NCBI GenBank assembly: GCA_900758375.1 | Contig: CAAERJ010000009.1 | Span: forward strand, 9,375 to 73,374 | Origin: an uncultured Collinsella sp. | Lineage (GTDB): Bacteria; Actinomycetota; Coriobacteriia; Coriobacteriales; Coriobacteriaceae | Direction of reading: 5' to 3' | DNA: 64,000 bases | Part shown: positions 61,793 to 64,000 of the stretch, one piece after another | Layout of the letters: each line of letters begins with the position of its first letter | How positions within the stretch are numbered: position 1 is the stretch's first letter | Notes under the pieces: model-generated | Database searches by the model: none | Told to the model about the DNA's origin: nothing | What the model saw: the letters and a program-made list of their open reading frames with translations, nothing else | Made by a program: the position numbers and the translations under genes

Positions 61793-62383
61793 ATGGCCGA
61801 TTCAATTAACTACCAGCTTGCCAAGTTCGTCGCCAGCTACGGCAAGGTTTCGCAGATTCCCGAGTCCACCTGCCCTGAGGTGAGCTTCGTCGGCCGCTCC
61901 AACGTGGGCAAGTCCTCCATCATGAACAAGCTATTTGGCCGCAAGAACCTGGTCAAGGTTTCAAGCACGCCGGGCAAGACGAGCAACATCAATTTCTTCG
62001 AGGCCGACGACGTGCACTTTGTGGACCTGCCGGGCTACGGTTTCGCCCGTCGTTCCAAGGCCGAGCGCGACCGCTGGGCTGAGCTTATCGGCGACTTCTT
62101 TGACTCCGAGCGCAGCTTTAACCTGGTCGTATCGCTGGTGGATATTCGTCACGACCCCAGTAAGCTCGACCATGACATGATCGACTACCTGCAGGGCAAC
62201 GAGTTCAACTTTATCGTCTGCCTCACCAAGGCCGACAAGCTCAGCCGCACCCAACAGGCCCGCCAGGCAGCAGCCATCAAAAAACAGCTCAACGTCCCGG
62301 CCGAGAACGTAATCATCACAAGCTCCCAGACCGGCGTGGGCATCGACGAACTCAAGCGCCGCATCGCCGAGGCCTGCCTCTAG
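61793..62383 (+). CDS. engB: Ribosome biogenesis GTPase YihA/YsxC
   Basis: FVGRSNVGKSS, VSSTPGKT, VDLPGYG and TKADK. Confidence 0.95.
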   Translation: MADSINYQLAKFVASYGKVSQIPESTCPEVSFVGRSNVGKSSIMNKLFGRKNLVKVSSTPGKTSNINFFEADDVHFVDLPGYGFARRSKAERDRWAELIGDFFDSERSFNLVVSLVDIRHDPSKLDHDMIDYLQGNEFNFIVCLTKADKLSRTQQARQAAAIKKQLNVPAENVIITSSQTGVGIDELKRRIAEACL

Positions 62384-62492
62384 TAAGGGCTCCAGCCTAG
62401 CAAGAGCCCCTATCAATAAAGGGCCATATATTTCAGCCCGGCGCCCCTTCAAAGCGTGGGTCCCTGTAGACATCCTCAGCAAGGTAGGCGCA

Positions 62493-62619
62493 GGGACGGT
62501 CGGGATGTTCCCTCAAAATCATTCCGCAGCGCGAAGGCCCCTTGTCCGTCGCTCCGTAGGAGCAGGGCAAGGGGCCTTCATGCGCGAGGACGATTTTGAG
62601 GGAACATCCCGACCGTCCC
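62493..62619 (-). repeat. Structured intergenic element family 2, copy F
   Basis: Reverse strand reads 28-bp stem, GTCCTCGCGCAT, inner stem-loop, GCGCTGCGGAAT, closing stem. Confidence 0.82.
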
Positions 62620-62642
62620 GGACAGGTATATGAGGAGGATGT

Positions 62643-63524
62643 CTACAGGTACTCGATTTGAGCGCCCTCGGTGTCGCACGTCAGAATATGCGTGTCGCAC
62701 TTGGGGAACTGTTCGCGCAGCTTGACCTGCAGGAATTTTGCCACGATGGTGTCGTCGGTCACCGCCATAAGGGTCGAGCCCGAACCGCTGATCCAGATGG
62801 TCTTGGCGCCGCCGTTAAGGCAGGTGTCGCGCACGGCGTTGTAGTCGGGAATCAGACGGCGACGATAGGGTTCCTGGATGCGGTCGTCATTGGCGGCGGC
62901 AATCAGGTCGAGGTTACCAGTCTCCAAGCCGCGCGTCATACCGGCGATGCGGCCCATCTGCCACACGGCGGTGGAGAGCGGAATCTCCTGCGGCACGACC
63001 TTGCGCGCCTCGCTCGTGTGTACCTCGTAGGGCGGAATCACGGTAATAAAACGCAGGCGATCGCTCACCTCGTAGCGCAGGCACTGGGGGAGCGAGTCGG
63101 TCGGCGTAAAGGAGCAGACGGCGCCGCCCAGGATGGCGGGGGCGACGTTATCGGGATGGCCCTCGACTTCGGTGGCAATGCGAACAAGCTCGGCGCGGTC
63201 GACGGTGTGGCCTGTCAGTGCGGCGGCGGCCATAATGCCGGCGACGACGCAGGTGGAGCTGGAGCCTAGGCCGCGGGCGACGGGAACGTCGGTCTGAATG
63301 TCGATGGCAACGGGAAAAGCCGGCTCGCCCCATGCGGCCAGTGCATCGACAAAGCTGACGTAGACCAGGTTGTCCTCGTTTTGGAACTCCTCGGGGCAGC
63401 CCGTGATGGTGAGCCTGTCGGTGCGCTCGAAGGTGAAGTGCGAGTAGAGGCTGACGGCCATGCCGAGGGTATCGTAGCCGATGCCTAGGTTGGCGCTGGT
63501 TGCTGGGACGGTGATTTTGATCAT
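62643..63524 (-). CDS. thrB: Homoserine kinase
   Basis: VPATSANLGIGYDTLGMA, PVARGLGSSS, EGHPDNVAPA and ISGSGST. Confidence 0.95.
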   Translation of the reverse strand: MIKITVPATSANLGIGYDTLGMAVSLYSHFTFERTDRLTITGCPEEFQNEDNLVYVSFVDALAAWGEPAFPVAIDIQTDVPVARGLGSSSTCVVAGIMAAAALTGHTVDRAELVRIATEVEGHPDNVAPAILGGAVCSFTPTDSLPQCLRYEVSDRLRFITVIPPYEVHTSEARKVVPQEIPLSTAVWQMGRIAGMTRGLETGNLDLIAAANDDRIQEPYRRRLIPDYNAVRDTCLNGGAKTIWISGSGSTLMAVTDDTIVAKFLQVKLREQFPKCDTHILTCDTEGAQIEYL

Positions 63525-63540
63525 GTGGGTCCTCCTGGGC

Positions 63541-63646
63541 GGTCTGCCTGTTTAGTTCGCTGCTCGGGCAGTCCTGGCTCGCTCGGAAAGCACATTAAGT
63601 GCTTTCCGGCTTGTGCGGAACTCGCGACGAACTAAACAGGCAGACC
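63541..63646. repeat. Long hairpin related to family 2 between thrC and thrB
   Basis: 19-bp perfect stem GGTCTGCCTGTTTAGTTCG / CGAACTAAACAGGCAGACC enclosing GTCCTGG ... inner hairpin CGGAAAGCAC-ATTAA-GTGCTTTCCG ... TGCGGAA. Confidence 0.65.
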
Positions 63647-63724
63647 CGCTCGCATGCTCGTCATCATCCCGAAAGCTAAATAAAAAGAAGGTGCGCCGGC
63701 TTTCGCCGGCGCTTAATAAGGGGT

Positions 63725-64000
63725 CTAGTTGGTGCTCATTCGTTTTGCTGCAGACTCGACGTAGCTTGCCATCTCATCGACGTTGCAGACGTCTTCGAAG
63801 CGGATGGGCTTGGACTCGAGCTCGGCGAGTTGGACCGGGGCAACCGTGTTGGTTGCCTGCTCGAGCACTCGCATGGCCTCAAAGTCGTCCTCGGGAACGT
63901 CGAGGCCCAGGGCGTCGCAGCAGGCATGCGGGAACTTGTAAGGGCTGGCGGTCGAAAGCAGCACGCGGGCCTTGGCGCCCTCGGCGGGGGCGACCTTTTC
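63725..64000 (-). CDS. thrC: Threonine synthase, C-terminal fragment (truncated by window edge)
   Basis: LLSTASPYKF motif, upstream of thrB. Confidence 0.85.
   Translation of the reverse strand, partial: EKVAPAEGAKARVLLSTASPYKFPHACCDALGLDVPEDDFEAMRVLEQATNTVAPVQLAELESKPIRFEDVCNVDEMASYVESAAKRMSTN

Noticed and set aside
63525..63724. T-box or thr attenuator
   Set aside because: No T-box consensus or Thr-rich leader peptide; the position is internal to the operon.

Overview
High-GC bacterial chromosomal window; gene content and codon style suggest a Coriobacteriia gut anaerobe such as Collinsella (inference). From left to right: (1) a ~21 kb lactose/galactose region with two 6-phospho-beta-galactosidases, a lactose PTS (IICB and IIA), tagatose-6-P pathway genes lacAB/lacX/lacC with a class II aldolase in place of LacD, Leloir galK-galT, three paralogous LacI regulators each with its own operator variant, a DeoR regulator and a flavodiiron protein; (2) a NUDIX-Vsr fusion and a BceAB-type ABC transporter; (3) a ~16 kb agmatine/polyamine island with putrescine carbamoyltransferase, two agmatine deiminases, two APC antiporters, three LuxR-type regulators, an amidohydrolase and a MATE exporter, but no carbamate kinase; (4) a decayed YegI-type kinase, a GNAT, DAHP synthase and a MarR-heterodimeric ABC exporter; (5) a naturally split pyruvate formate-lyase with a separate glycyl-radical subunit, a sucrose/fructoside PTS cluster, DegV, pflA, mtnN, engB, thrB and the 3' end of thrC. 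The least explained signal is non-coding: two families of 100-150 bp structured intergenic elements with compensatory base changes, most sitting just after stop codons, plus GGG(G)AC-loop REP-like hairpins. No tRNA, rRNA, CRISPR array or transposase was recognised. Functional calls come from motif recognition by eye, not database searches.
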